From assembly GCA_951406725.2 (NCBI GenBank), contig OX597821.1:32116001-32180000 (forward strand): a stretch of DNA of 64,000 bases, in the 5' to 3' direction. Origin of the DNA: Octopus vulgaris (lineage: Eukaryota). The notes below the pieces were generated by a model, which did not search any database, had not been told where the DNA came from, and worked only from the letters and a program-made list of their open reading frames with translations. Shown in pieces: positions 14,900 to 28,020 of the stretch. The position numbers were made by a program, and so were the translations under genes. The stretch's first letter is position 1. Each line of letters opens with the position of its first letter.

Positions 14900-15360
14900 C
14901 ATTTTTGTAGTACGGCTCTGTCTTCTCGAAAATTTCTTTAGGGGAACAGAGGTTAGACAATCCGCTACTAATGTTAGCAATCAGGTTTTTAAATGCTAAA
15001 GCTTGAGGAGGAGTTCAGTGTTAGGGAAACATCTAAAAATCAACTTTAGACAAATTAGTAGCGACTGTGATTGTAAGGGCTAATTGACTGAATGTAGAAG
15101 TAAGTTGTTTCCTAAAATTGTCGAGGGTGTGACCATCACAGCCATGGTAAACACTCAATCCGTCGTCTCGATATAGACCAATGTCATGAGAAGGTTATAT
15201 AGATCACAATGTATTTAATACACAGGGCCGATAAGATCACAGACTTCAGTAATATCTTACGAACTTACCTAAACATTTAAGCCAGGCATAGCTGAAAGGA
15301 CTCAGATTCTTTTTAGTTCTAAGAATTCTAACCCACCGCTGAATTCTAGATCCGAAATTT
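14900..15360 (-). mobile_element. Penelope-like element RT fragment (Naiad-type motifs)
   Basis: The minus strand encodes EVCDLIG and HDIGLYRDDGLSV (~15150-15250), the GLYRDDGL RT signature of this PLE group. Confidence 0.7.
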
Positions 15361-15457
15361 TCAGCGATTATAAACATATGGCTAAGTTCCTGTTCCCGAA
15401 TTGTTTCTGTTTTCTTTTTTTTTTCCAGTTTTTCAAACTTCTACCTTTTATTGAAGA

Positions 15458-15648
15458 ATAATTCCCATTCGCCTCTAATTTGTCGTCTATCATATTAAGA
15501 TTGATATTGCAAGTGTTTAAACAGTGATACTGCTTAATTTCAATGCATTGCATTTTAAACACGAATTCTCTTCTGTTACGTTGATGAATGCCCGCTATGT
15601 TAATTGTACAGCTATAACATACGGCTGTAGACACGAAGAAGGTTTTCT
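15458..15648 (+). repeat. 191-bp direct repeat, copy 2
   Basis: Identical by eye to 13749-13939. Confidence 0.92.
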
Positions 15649-15865
15649 TCTTTCTTGTTTCTTCTCTCATCCTATCGCCTCATTTTTAGGTTATGCCACG
15701 TAAGCAGGGTCTGCAAAATGTGCTAGGACACCAGGCATGTTAACAAATACTGCCTCGCATATTCTCAGCATTTGGAACTAATAGCAGCACATAAAACATA
15801 CATTGTGTTTAACAAATAATATATACACACATACACACACACGCGTGCACACACAGACACAGTCT

Positions 15866-15941
<76 letters not shown>

Positions 15942-17101
15942 GACAAACATACGTGTAAAGGGTAGATAGATAAATATATAGGTAGGTAGGTAAGTAGGTA
16001 AGTAGGTAGTTAGGCAGCCAGACAAACAAGCAGGTAGGTAGGTAGATAGATAGATAGATTGATTGAGTCAGTCAGTCAGTCAGTCAGTCAGTCAGTCAGA
16101 CAGTCAGCCAGCAGTCATTGAGCGATTGATTGGCTGATTGATTTATAGTTCGGCAGATACGTTCGAAAAGGTTAACTCAGTTACAGAATGTTGAGATGAT
16201 GTAAGGGGAGAAAACTATGTCTTGGGCACTTGTTCTACTTTCGCTAGAGATAAATTTTCTTGTTGCTATATTTGCGAATGTAGCTAACTAGAGGTGTAGA
16301 GGGGTACCGAAAATGAAGTTGAGTTGTGTGTTGCGTGCTCAATGTGTAAGATGGGTAATGTGACACGATGAGAGCTAATATATGAACACTCAAAATTTAT
16401 AGATAAAAACCAGGTCAGTTTAAATAGAGCGTTGAAATAATATCTGCACTAGTTAGTTTGAATATTAGAAGTAAAGCATTTCCAAGACGTGACGAAGATT
16501 TGGACACACAGAGTAACACATACGTACACAAAGACGAAATGAACAGAAGAAGAGTGGAGGCGGACGAACCACGAAGTAGCATTTTAAGGAAATAATTAAA
16601 AGGTGATTCAGGGATTTTGCTGAGAGATCCGCAAAGTACAAAAAATATGCTTAAGGAATGGATGCAAACAACTATTGTAATATATGGGAAAAGGTGAGGC
16701 TGTGGCACATGTGTGAAGGAATCAAGAGTTTTCAATTTAGGGAGATTCATTTTCCTTTTACGCCTTATTATCTAACATACTCACCGATTATATTTCCACT
16801 CAATTTCTTTATGAATGAGTTTTCTTTCAGAATTATTGTTACAACAAGCAACGAAAATTCTACAACAGAAAAAAGATAGATGTATAAGTAGAGTGGACAT
16901 CGAACCGGTGTGTTAGTTAATAAGGCGTAAAGACAAAATGGCTCTACCCAGATACAACAAAGTATGCTTCAACACAGGAATTCACATAAAGAATCGTGGA
17001 AACCAGATACAAAAACGAAACATATGTATATATTCGTATAAATATAAATACGTGTGCATACATGCATGTATATATGTATGTATGCATACATATATGTATG
17101 T

Positions 17102-17204
<103 letters not shown>

Positions 17205-17859
17205 GTATACATACACAGATAATTAAATACTGCTTGTGCGTGTATGCATGCGTGTGTGTGCATACATGAATATATCGGCATGTGTGTATGTATGTATGTA
17301 TGTATGCATGCATAGATGGATGTATGAGCGTATATGTGTATGTATTTCTGCGTAACTCTACGCAAGAGAAGTGAATGATATATTTGCAACGGGAAACAGT
17401 CATAAGTATGTTATATATCATAATTCTTCAAAGCGAGTACAACATAGCAATTATAGGTGACAGCCGTTAGAAGCATACTAAGCATGTTTCCTTTTGCAGG
17501 ATTGTTGTATTCAGGGCAAATAATCGATTAAGATCACAAGAAACAGAATAGAGAAGCAAATGTCTTTTGAAGGGAAATATAATCTAAAGGTAAATTCTAA
17601 ACATCAAAACATCAAAGCTGAAGTCAACAATGTACAGAGATATAACAGGAACCGAGCACAATATTAAACCCAAACAACATACACACATACTGATGACAAC
17701 TCAGTTCACAAGCGTGCATGTGCACATAGAGGCATAGCAACAATTACAGGCATATACGCGCGCGAACTCGTAATGTATAATTGGTGCATGAGAATGAGTA
17801 ACAGAAACTCACTTTTCTACCGATGCTCATACGCAAACATCTATGCACTTGTAATAATA

Positions 17860-17929
<70 letters not shown>

Positions 17930-18106
17930 TATAATTAAGGGCTAAAGAGGGTTATTCTAAAGCCAATACACTGAGTAACAGTTCGTCAGACAGTTTTGTT
18001 AAAAAATATATAGATAGATAGATAGATAGATAGATAATTATATATATGGTTATTTAATGCATACATACATATATATATATATATATATGTTTATATGTGT
18101 GTGTGT

Positions 18107-18399
18107 GTGGAGGCGCAATGGCCTAGTGGTTAGGGCAGCGGACTCGCGGTCGCAGGATCGCGGTTTCGATTCCCAGATCAGGCGTTGTGAGTGTTTATTG
18201 AGCGAAAACACCTAAAAGCTCCACAAGTCTCCGGAGGGGGGTGGTGATCCCTGCTGTACTCTTTCACCACTCTTTCTTCTGTTGACCTGCTCGCTTAGCC
18301 AGCGGGGTGGCGTCATTCGAAGGCTAAAACAATGCGAACGCATTGTGACCAGCGATGTGTAACAATATCTGATGGTCTGGTCGGTCACGTGATCACGTG

Positions 18400-18400
<1 letters not shown>
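18107..18400 (+). mobile_element. SINE family A, tail type 2
   Basis: Same head and body as type 1 up to ..CTCTTTCACCAC, then an unrelated tail ending GGTCACGTGATCACGTGA-(TA)n. Confidence 0.85.
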
Positions 18401-18455
<55 letters not shown>

Positions 18456-18879
18456 CACACACATATACACACACACAGACATATATATATATATATATAT
18501 ATGTGATAGATAGATAGATGGATATATAATTATATATATGGTTATTAACTTAATACATATATATATACATATATATGTATATATGCACTCATACACATAC
18601 ACACATATAATATATATATGTATTTAGATTTATATGCGTGTGTGTGTTTGAAGGTGTGTATGTGTATGCGTGTGGGCATACCTATGTTGACGCTGGTTAT
18701 TCTGGTTTCCGTCGTTTCAGTGCATTACAACTGACTGAAATAACCCTGACAGGGTCATTGGATTAGGCACTCTTCTGGCACGTGTGCCCCTAACATATTT
18801 CTGAGTCCAGAGTCAACGTGCCATAGGATCTTAGCAGACTCTACCTTTGACTAGAAGTGTCATCTACACGAATGGGTTA

Positions 18880-19140
18880 TAACAAGTTGTAATATGAATC
18901 AGATTCTTGGAATAACAAGTGAAGTTGGCTTTAATTGTGAAACTCTCTTCTTCTTTGAATAACAATTCGAAATCTTCCAGCAGGTTGTGGTATGTTCCAT
19001 AGTTTGGGTGTCCACATTTTTAACCCATGTTTTCGTGGTTGCTGTATAAAGCTTCACATTTTTCAACGATCTGTATTGCTTTTTGCATTTGATGAATTTA
19101 TGTGTTTTGAGAATGTTATTCATTTTTGAATTCCTTGAGA
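18880..19140 (-). mobile_element. Penelope-like (Neptune-type) fragment upstream of GIY-YIG
   Basis: KCKKQYRSLK..KCGHPNYGTYHNLLEDFELLFKEEESFTIKANFTCYSKNLIHITTC is a decayed Cys linker plus the start of the GIY-YIG domain. Confidence 0.6.
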
Positions 19141-19613
19141 GCAGGGCCGGTCTTAAGCTGTTTGGACTGATAGCACCCACCGATTGCTCCCAATCGGTCT
19201 CAGCACCAAAGGGGGTCCGCATTAAAGCGAGCCACATTCTATACTGCGACATTTTATAAATATAGTCTCTCAAAAGCATTTTAAAAACATCAAAAAGAAA
19301 AATCATATTTTGAACACTTTAGCGACACGAGATATCAAAATATAAACCGATTCATCAAAAACTGTTTGGGTCAGCCGCTAAATATAGTATTGTATTTTTA
19401 GGTCAATGGGAAATTTTTGGGAGTGTTAATCGAGATCTTACGGTAAAATATCTGTCTATCAGGGTAAATATGTGGGCGAATTGTATGCACATAAGTGTGC
19501 GTATGTTCGTATATCAGTTTCCATAAAATATGTTTAACTTTGGGGAAATTATTTAATTCAATAATGTGTATTTGATATATGAATAAATAAATATATACAC
19601 TTGCGTCAGAAAT

Positions 19614-19651
<38 letters not shown>

Positions 19652-19667
19652 AGACATTTTTTTTCAC

Positions 19668-19745
<78 letters not shown>

Positions 19746-19856
19746 TATGAATATGGTACTTAAGTTGAGGCAACAGAATTTAGTTCGGTATTATCCATAC
19801 AATTTCAAAATAAGGTGATTAAAATCAAAATAAGCAACAAATATATCCAGGAGTAA

Positions 19857-19948
19857 TGCAGTACAACCGTTTTATGCAACTTCATTTTGTTGAACAATGT
19901 AATCATTTCATTATATCAGTTTAAAATGTAGAACAATCTTCAGCTGCA
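19857..19948 (-). ncRNA. Degenerate hammerhead motif in a PLE end (19742-20040)
   Basis: TGCAG-CTGAAGA-...-AAAAC GGTT G-TA-CTGCA, with GAAA changed to AAAA. Confidence 0.5.
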
Positions 19949-20074
19949 CAAAGAAATACAATTTAATTACATTAGAACAGGACACATTAGTATTATTTTA
20001 CCTAAAATTTCCAAGAAGTTAAGGAGAGAGACAAAGAACATGTTGTACCAACAACATCATAGTTGTGTTTTTTT

Positions 20075-20425
20075 TCATGTATGATGTTGTTGATATATGT
20101 TCTTCTGGCCATCTTTTTCCTGTTGTTATGCCATAGTATTTGCATAACTTCCAGTGTATTTAGGTCCCAACTCTGTCATGTTTGTGAATATATTCCTTCT
20201 TAGGCAGGACTGGGCAGCCAGAGGCAATATGATTTATTGTCTTTTCTACATCTCCACATATTCTGCAGTTACTTGTGGTTCTGTTCATTACACGTTTTTA
20301 GTAATTTCTGGTGGGAAATCTTTGAACTTGTGCTGCAATTAATGATCCTTCAGTCTCTGGTTTGATTCCTGAGAATATCAGCCATTGTTGGGACTTTGCT
20401 TTGTCTCTTTCTTTTGCATTTAGTT
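20075..20425 (-). mobile_element. R4/Dong-like fragment, second copy
   Basis: Nucleotide similarity to 22030-22340 (CCHC region). Confidence 0.75.
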
Positions 20426-21115
20426 TAAGACAAGGAGTAGCGTTAGCGCATCGAGGAAAATGCTCAGCAGTATTTCCTCCGGATTTTATGTTCTGAATTT
20501 CAACTTAGGCATTCATTCTCTCGGTGTGGATAAAAGAAGTACCTGTCAAGTACTGGGATCAAGGTAATCGACTTACTCGTACCCCAATAGCTACTGGCCC
20601 CGTTCCAAAATTTGAACCCATGATTATTTTTATTTTCGTCAATGACACTATTATTGCATTTGTCAATATTGGTATTCTTATGCGACTTGGTATCACAATA
20701 ATACTTGTAGATTCTCAAATAGAGAAAAGGTTACATATAGGAAAAAATATCGAAGAAGCCAGCGAAATATAACACTGAAAATGGAATGGAACTAAAAATT
20801 TAAAAATTAAAAAAAAATATTAAACTAAACGAATTGTAAATAATTTACAAAGAATAGAAACAGAAGTCATACGAAACAATATTAGATACGTATGAAACAC
20901 AATGTCGGTGAACAGATGAGTATGGAAAAGTTCATGAAAGATAGAAAACTTTGAACTGCATGGTGACTGCTTGTTATCATACTTCGTCTTGCACGTAGTG
21001 CGGCTTTCACACGAATCCAGACAATTTATATCACTGAGATAATGCATCATGTAACTGGTATATGAGTTATAAATACACACACATTAACAGGCACTTACAC
21101 ACACGCACATATAAA

Positions 21116-21156
<41 letters not shown>

Positions 21157-21181
21157 CTACGTATCTGTGCAGACATACATA

Positions 21182-21232
<51 letters not shown>

Positions 21233-21516
21233 ATGTATATGCCTATATATCATGTATATATATGCATATGTATATATATCTATAAATGCATATACATGTG
21301 TGTGTGCATACATATCTATCTATTTATCTTTGTATCTGTCTTTCTATCGCTTTAACAATAATAATAATAATGATGATGATGATGATGACGATGATCATGC
21401 TGATCATGATGATGATGATGGTGATGATGGTAATAATAATGATGATGATGATGATAATAATAATAATAATAATACTTATTATTATTATTATAATTATTAT
21501 TATTATTATTATAATG

Positions 21517-22437
21517 CAGAAGTTTTATTTTTATAACGTGCTTTCACTTCACTACTGAGCGCAGCTGTGTGTGTCTTGGGTATGTACTATGGCTTGCTGT
21601 GATGTTCTTATGGCTACGGTATTGAAAATAATTTGCGTAGGATGTGTGCAGTGCCCAGTAGTGCAATTTGTTCTATGTTATATGTGTTTGTAAGTCCTGG
21701 TCTTTTTGTTATGTATTTGTCTGAATATTTTTATATCATACCTAATGCGCCCACTAAGATAGGAATTGTTTCCGTTTTTAGATTCCACATTCGACTTACC
21801 ACTATTTCCAGGTCTATGTATTTTGAAAGTTTTTCCATTTATTTTAGAGAAACCTTGTCATCTGCTGGTACTGATACATCAATTAGAAAGCATTTCTTTC
21901 TTCATGATCTCTGAGAACTATATCTGGCCTATTGGCCTTAATTTCTCTATGTTGGTGCATTGGCATATCCCAGAGTATGGTTGCTTTCTCGTTTTCTGTG
22001 ACCCTTTCTGGTGTGTGCATATATCATTTTTTTTCTGTTGTTATTCCATAGTGTTGGCATAGCTTCCAGTGTATGTAGGTCCCAACTCTGTCGTGCCTGT
22101 GAATATCATCTTTCTTAGACAGGACTGGGCAGCCAGAGATAATATGATTTACTGTTACCTGTCCATCTTCACATATTCTGCAGTTACTTGTTATGTTTCT
22201 TTTCATTATATGTTTTTGGCAATTTCTGGTGGGGAGACTTAGGTCTTGTGCTGCAATTAAAAACCTCTCAGTATCTGCTTTGAGTCCTGAGCTTTTCAGC
22301 CATTACTGGGATTTTTCTCTGTCTATTTCTTTTGCATTTAGTTTACCCCAGAATTTGCCATGAAGGGTTTTTCTTGCCTTTGTTTTATCAAGGCCCGTTG
22401 CTGTTCAGTTTTAGTTTGGATTTCATTTGTTTTATAG
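21517..22437 (-). mobile_element. R4/Dong-like non-LTR retrotransposon 3' fragment (CCHC + restriction-like endonuclease)
   Basis: CRICEDGQVTVNHIISGCPVLSKKDDIHRHDRVGTYIHWKLC, then KANRPDIV..IDVSVP..KYIDLEIV..IALLGTAHILRK. The 3' end runs into (AAT)n. Confidence 0.85.
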
Positions 22438-22439
22438 CC

Positions 22440-22620
22440 TTTCTTCTTCTTCTTCTTCTTCTTCTTCTTCTTCTTCTTCTTCTTCTTCTTCTTCTTCTTC
22501 TTCTTCTTCTTCTTCTTCTTCATCATCACCGTCGTCGTCGTCTTCTTCGTCTTCTTTTTTTTCTTCTTCGTCTTCTTCTGCTTCTTCGTCTTCTTCTTCT
22601 TCTTCTTCTTCTTCTTCTCC
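22440..22620. repeat. (CTT)n polypyrimidine tract
   Basis: Direct reading. Similar tracts at 23100-23270 and 56040-56182. Confidence 0.95.
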
Positions 22621-23094
22621 TCCTTCCCCTCTCTCAATGCAACTGCTACTGCCACCGATTATTTTAATGGCCATTATGATGATAACGATACGATAACTAC
22701 GATTATAATTTTCATGATGAGGATGGTGATGATCATATGATGACGTTGATGATGTCAGTGATAGGTATGATTCCGACGACACCAGAAAACAATCGATGCA
22801 TCTAATCAGGAAGGGAAACATTAATAACTTTAGGTATAACTCCCCCACCTGAATCTACAGAAAATATGAACTTTGAAGTATTACTACAAAGGGACAAACA
22901 AACTAATTCAATTAGAATGAAATAAAATTAATTAGGAGAATCAACGCAAACTTTTGTCTAGAAGAAACAACTTAGACTTTAAAAGTTCATTAGGGGATTT
23001 TTGAGATAGCTTCGTTACTTTTTTATTATTTATGAATAATACCAATCATAATTTCTTTTTGTTTCTGATATTCTTGTCCCTTTATTTGCCCTCG

Positions 23095-23315
23095 TCGTCG
23101 TCGTCCTTTTTCTTCTCCTTCCTCTTCTTCTTCTTCTTCTTCTTCTTCTTCTTCTTCTTCTTCTTCTTCTTCTTCTTCTTCTTTTCTTCTCCTTCTTCTC
23201 CTTCTCCTTCTTCTTCTTCTACTTCTTCTTCTTCTTCTTTTCTTCTCCTTCTTCTCCTTCATCTTCTTCTTCTTATTATTATTATTATTATTGTTATTAT
23301 TATTATTATTATTAT

Positions 23316-23355
<40 letters not shown>

Positions 23356-23470
23356 TGTAGTAGTTGTAGTAGTAGTAATCTACTTCTTCTTCTTCCTCTT
23401 CTTCTTCTTCTTATTATTATTGTTGTTGTTGTTTGTTGTTGTTATTATTATTATTATTACTGTTATTACT
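23095..23470. repeat. Chained trinucleotide microsatellites (CTT, ATT, AGT, CTT, ATT, GTT, ATT)
   Basis: Direct reading. Confidence 0.95.
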
Positions 23471-24010
23471 ATTCTGTAGATTAAACAGGAGTTGAATAGC
23501 GACCAGTTTCAACACAACTTTAAAATAACGTTCTGTTGTGATTTCGTTTTCTTGATGCCGTTCAACTGAATTTGTCATTAGATATAATAAATGAAATACA
23601 ACAAAGAAGGAAGGCAAGGAAGACTCTAAAGAAAGTATCAAATGAAGAGCTGAAACATGTTAACTACTAAAAACACAATAGATACATAAACTAACTTTTA
23701 AATGAAAAGCTATTGATCTTTGTTGTGACAACAAAATCAAACCAAGAAATAAAATTTCTTTTAATTCCATTACAGTATTGTTAATTAAAGGTATCTTTTG
23801 ATGGTAGTGTAGTACAATAGGAAGTAAAACAATAAATAAATACGTTAATATTCATTAAATATGGATAAATGAATGAATACATGAGTGTTCGTGTGTTTTC
23901 GTGCAAATGTATGTCAATATATGTATGTATGTATGTGTGTGTATAGATATAAATATACTTATGAATGCATGCATATTATATACCTAGCCATATATTTACA
24001 TATATACATT

Positions 24011-24380
24011 AGGCGGTAAGTAGCTTGCTTACCAACCACATGGTTCCGGGTTCAGTCCCACTGCGTGGCACCTTGGGCAAGTGTTTTCTACTATAGACTC
24101 GGACCGACCAAAGACTTGTGAGTTGATTTGGTAGACAGAAACTGAAAGAAGCTCGTCGTATATATGTATATATATGTGTGTGTGTGTGTGTGTTTGTGTG
24201 TCTGTGTTTGTCTCCCCAACAACGTTTGACAACCGATGCTAGTGTGTTTACGTCCCCGTAACTTAGCGTTTCAGCAAAAAGTACTAGGCTTATAAAACAA
24301 TAAGTCCTAGGGTTGATTTGCTCGACTAAAGGCGGTGCTCCAACATGGACACAGTCAAATGACTGAAACATTAAAAGAGT
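24011..24380 (+). mobile_element. SINE family C (tRNA-like head, internal TA/TG tract)
   Basis: GGTAAGTAGCTTGCTTACCAACCACATGGTTCCGGGTTCAGTCCCACTGCGTGGCACCTTGGGCAAGTG. A second copy is at 25261-25539. Confidence 0.85.
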
Positions 24381-24654
24381 AACATGCATATTTACATATG
24401 TTAATGTAAAAGTTTTAAAATAATTGAAAATATATCGATGAAGTGCAAATATTCACTGATTTAAACTCAATATACTGTATAGTTTGTCTGTCTGTAAGCA
24501 TATTCTAGTTTACAGATATAGATGTATTCTTTAACTGGTGTCTAGATACACATTTTAAATTGCATCCATATTTCAGCATTCTCTATGCGAACCCTTCACA
24601 CGTTTTCAGTGTTTCTTCTGTTATGATCCACTCAAAATTTATATTTCTGACGAT

Positions 24655-25150
24655 AGGAGAAGAGGTATGAAAAGCTAATCGAAGAAAGCAGAGAACAGGG
24701 ATGGAATGTCGAATATTATCACCTGGCAGTGGGGGCTAGAGGCTTCATGAAAGGAAAATGACAACGCTTTTCAAAAGATTTGTTTTTTCTAGCTCCGAGC
24801 TGCGAAAACTAATAAGGAGAGCACAGGAGGTGGTCGAAAAAGCCAGCTTCTATATATGGCTGAAGCGGGAAAACCGAAAATAGCTTGAAAGTCATAACAT
24901 GCCGGTGGGAAATAATATCACTAGGTGAGACAAGCTGACACTGAATCAGCTTCGCTGACTGAGAGGTAACGGTCGTTTAGAAAATGCGCGGGCTAAAGCT
25001 ACGCGCCTTCACTAGTCAGTTAAGGTAAGACAGTGTCACGTTACAACTTGCTGAGGCTGCCTGCTGGAGCCTTCGGCAGGTATTTAAAGCGAAAATAATT
25101 GACAAGTCAGTCGGTCACCGGCTGACACTCGCTGACGATACATCGAAGAG
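24655..25150 (+). mobile_element. Hero-like (REL) non-LTR element, C-terminus + 3'UTR
   Basis: KRYEKLIEESREQGWNVEYYHLAVGARGF..AQEVVEKASFYIWLKR* resembles the Hero C-terminal pattern KY..L..GW..EVG.RGF..AEKAS.WLW.KR. Confidence 0.65.
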
Positions 25151-25260
25151 GCCTGGGAACAGAAGAAAGAAGAAGAAAGAAGACATGCACCGAACACCAG
25201 AGCTGGAGATAGCTCCGAAAGTCGGGGGGCGCCACGTCAAAACGGTAGAGGAGTAGGGAA

Positions 25261-25539
25261 CCGCTACGTTACGGGAACGTAAACACACCAGCATCGGTTG
25301 TCAAGCGATGTTGGGGACACACACAGACACACAAGCATATACACACCCATGCATACATACGTATATACATATATACGACGGGCTTCTTTCAGTTTCCGTC
25401 TACCAAATCCACTCACAAGTCTTTGGTTGGCCCTAGGCTAAAGTAGAAGACACTTGCCAAATATGTCACGCAGTGGCACTGAACCCGGAACCATGTGGTT
25501 CGTAAGCAAGCTACTTACCACACAGCCACTCCTACGCCT
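25261..25539 (-). mobile_element. SINE family C, 3'-truncated, inverted relative to the 24011 copy
   Basis: Reverse complement matches 24011-24270. Confidence 0.85.
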
Positions 25540-25879
25540 ATCTATATATATGTATATATATCTTTTGTCTTTGACCTTTCTCTTTTTACTGAAGCTACGT
25601 TGGGACGCAACAATGATGTAACAACAGCATGGGGGATATTTAGCCGAATGAATGAAACTCATGACCCTTTTAAAGCTTGGCAGTTCTGCCAAACCCACGC
25701 GATCACTAGATTTACACAAACCAACGCTGTTATGTAGTAGTGGGAGGAACAACCATACATACATAGATACACATACATGTATCTTTCTCTGTGTGTGTGT
25801 GTGTGTGTGTGTGAGTGTGTATGTGTGTACTTGTGTGTTTATGTGTTTACGCATACATATATGAACATATATAATGCAG

Positions 25880-26570
25880 TTGAACCAGCTCTAAATGACA
25901 TTTATTTAGCTGTGAATAACCTGAATAACAATAACTCTCCAGGGTCGGTCTGATGGAATCTATGGGGAGGTCTTGAAATATGAGGGTGGCAAAATGTTTG
26001 TAATCTTGCACATATTAATTTGTCACTGTTGGAGAACTGAGAAACAGCCTGAAGACTGGATTAATGCCATTCTAGTTTCCTTGTATAAATCGAGGCCACA
26101 GGATCTGTATAGTAATTTTTGTGGAATTTTGCTTTTGTCTATGGTTGGAAAAGTACTTGCCCACGTTATGTTAGAAAGTTTAAATACCTTCATAGTTTCA
26201 AATATAGTGTCTGAGTCTCTGTGTAATTTTCGTTCCTCCAGGGGTACAGTTGATTGTATCTTTACTATTAGACAATTGCAAGAACAATGCATTGAACAGA
26301 GTCTTGCCCTACACCAGTGCATTCTTGATTTGAGCAAACATTCGATACTGTTAATCGAAAGGCTCTGTGGGTAATTCTAAGGAAAATAGGTCACCCAGAA
26401 AAATTTGTAAACATGATCAGGCCTTTGCATCAAGATGTGAAAGCTAGAGTTAATTTTGGCGAGAGGCTCTCTGAATCTTTTACCGTTGAAAATGGAGTAA
26501 AGTAAGGAGACCTTGATGTACCCACCCTGTTTGCAATATACTTTGCTGTTATGTTGTCACACGCTTTTCA
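25880..26570 (+). mobile_element. RTE-clade LINE RT fragment
   Basis: PEDWINAILVSLYK..NFCGILLLSMVGKVLAHVML..SESLCNFRSSRGTVDCIFTIRQLQEQCIEQ..LDLSK, then NGVK*GD..PTLFAIYF. Confidence 0.85.
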
Positions 26571-26574
26571 AAAC

Positions 26575-27056
26575 AGGAAAAATACGCCAGAAATGGTCAC
26601 AGAAAACGAGAAAGCAACCATACTATAGGATATTCCAATACGCACAGAAAGTGAAGTTAAGGCTAATAGCCTGGATATAGTTCTCAGAGATCACCAAAAA
26701 GAAAAAAAAGAATGCTTTATAATTGATGTATCAATACAAACAGATGACAATTTTTCTCTAAAAGAAACTGAGAAACTTCCAAAATACAAACATCTAGAGA
26801 TAGAGGTAACTTGAATGTGGAATCTAAAACAGAAATAATTCATATCATAGCTGGCGCATTAGGTATGATAAAAAATATTCAGACAAATGCATAACAAAAG
26901 CACCAGGATCAACAAATATATATAACATAGAGGAAATAGCACTACTAGACACAATACAGTAACAATCAGAGCGTCGCAACAAACTACAGCACATGTCCAA
27001 AGCACACAGAGCTGTTCACGGTAGTGAAGTGAAAGCACGTGATAAAAATAAGACTA

Positions 27057-27059
<3 letters not shown>
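26575..27059 (+). mobile_element. R4/Dong-like 3' fragment ending in (AAT)n
   Basis: KATIL*DIPIRTESEVKANSLDIV..IDVSIQTD..KYKHLEIEV. The 3'UTR ..GGTAGTGAAGTGAAAGCACGTGATAAAAATAAGACTACTG is followed by (AAT)n. Confidence 0.85.
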
Positions 27060-27117
<58 letters not shown>

Positions 27118-27343
27118 GCATTAGGCATGATAAAAAATATTCAGACAAATACATAAAAAAAACACCAGGACTTACTAACACATATAACATACAGAAAATT
27201 GCACTACTGGGCACTGCACACATCCTACGCAAAACACTTTCAATACAGTAACCATCAGAGCATCACAACAAAACACAGCACATACGCAAGGCACACAGAG
27301 CTGCGCTCGGTAGTGAAGTGAAAGCACGATAAAAAAAAAAACA

Positions 27344-27347
<4 letters not shown>
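27118..27347 (+). mobile_element. R4/Dong-like 5'-truncated copy inside an (AAT)n tract
   Basis: KYSDKYIKKTPGLTNTYNIQKIALLGTAHILRKTLSIQ* plus the same 3'UTR, with (AAT)n on both sides. Confidence 0.85.
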
Positions 27348-27432
<85 letters not shown>

Positions 27433-27441
27433 TAATAATAA

Positions 27442-27981
27442 ATGCCATAATGCAATCCCAAGCATTGGCTCACATGGCTTCTAATCTTAACTGATTGGAA
27501 GTGTTATACTGTACATTGTTTCGTCTTGGTATAAAAGATGGGCTACAGCAAATATACTGCTCAATACCACAGCTTTGCTTGTCAGTTGTTTGACTATGAC
27601 CAGTTGTGCACGTTACTTAGTGTCTGACGAGAATCTTCGATCAGGAGCAGATGTAGTGGGGAATCATTTTTGCCATGTGTTGAGAGGTATTCCTTGGGGT
27701 TTGGAATAATTCAACTCTGGAAGCATAGATGTTTCGATCAACATCCTTAAACAACCTTTATTCAGGGACCTTTTTAGTGGGATGGACTGCTCGATCTGAA
27801 GAAAATTCTAGCTGGGCCCCAGTTGCAAGGTCATGCGATGTTTCTCTTGATATGAGATCGCCACGTCCCGTACATACTGCTGTGATGCATGTGTCTGGTG
27901 TATCCTTATCAGATGAGTAGTCATGTTGGGTACACTGAGCTTCGTATATTTTAACCTTGTGTCACTTTGATGGCATACACT

Positions 27982-28017
<36 letters not shown>

Positions 28018-28020
28018 GCA
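27442..28020 (+). mobile_element. ~580-bp non-coding interspersed repeat flanked by (AAT)n
   Basis: Homologous pieces occur at 31296-31492 and 31605-31692. It ends ..GATGGCAT(A/G)CACTGCTCTCTC..CACGC followed by (AAT)n. Confidence 0.7.

Noticed and set aside
13749-15648. LTR retrotransposon interpretation of the 191-bp repeats
   Set aside because: No TG..CA ends, PBS, PPT or gag/pol remnants, and the interior is old and heterogeneous.
16415-16900. Possible exon/intron signals (AG|GTGAGG, TTTTCTTTCAG)
   Set aside because: There is no continuous recognisable ORF. It is more likely another decayed Penelope-like fragment (GCGTC remnant).
18107-18185. tRNA-like sequence with A and B boxes
   Set aside because: It is the head of a multicopy SINE, continues into SINE body, and lacks a proper acceptor stem and terminator.
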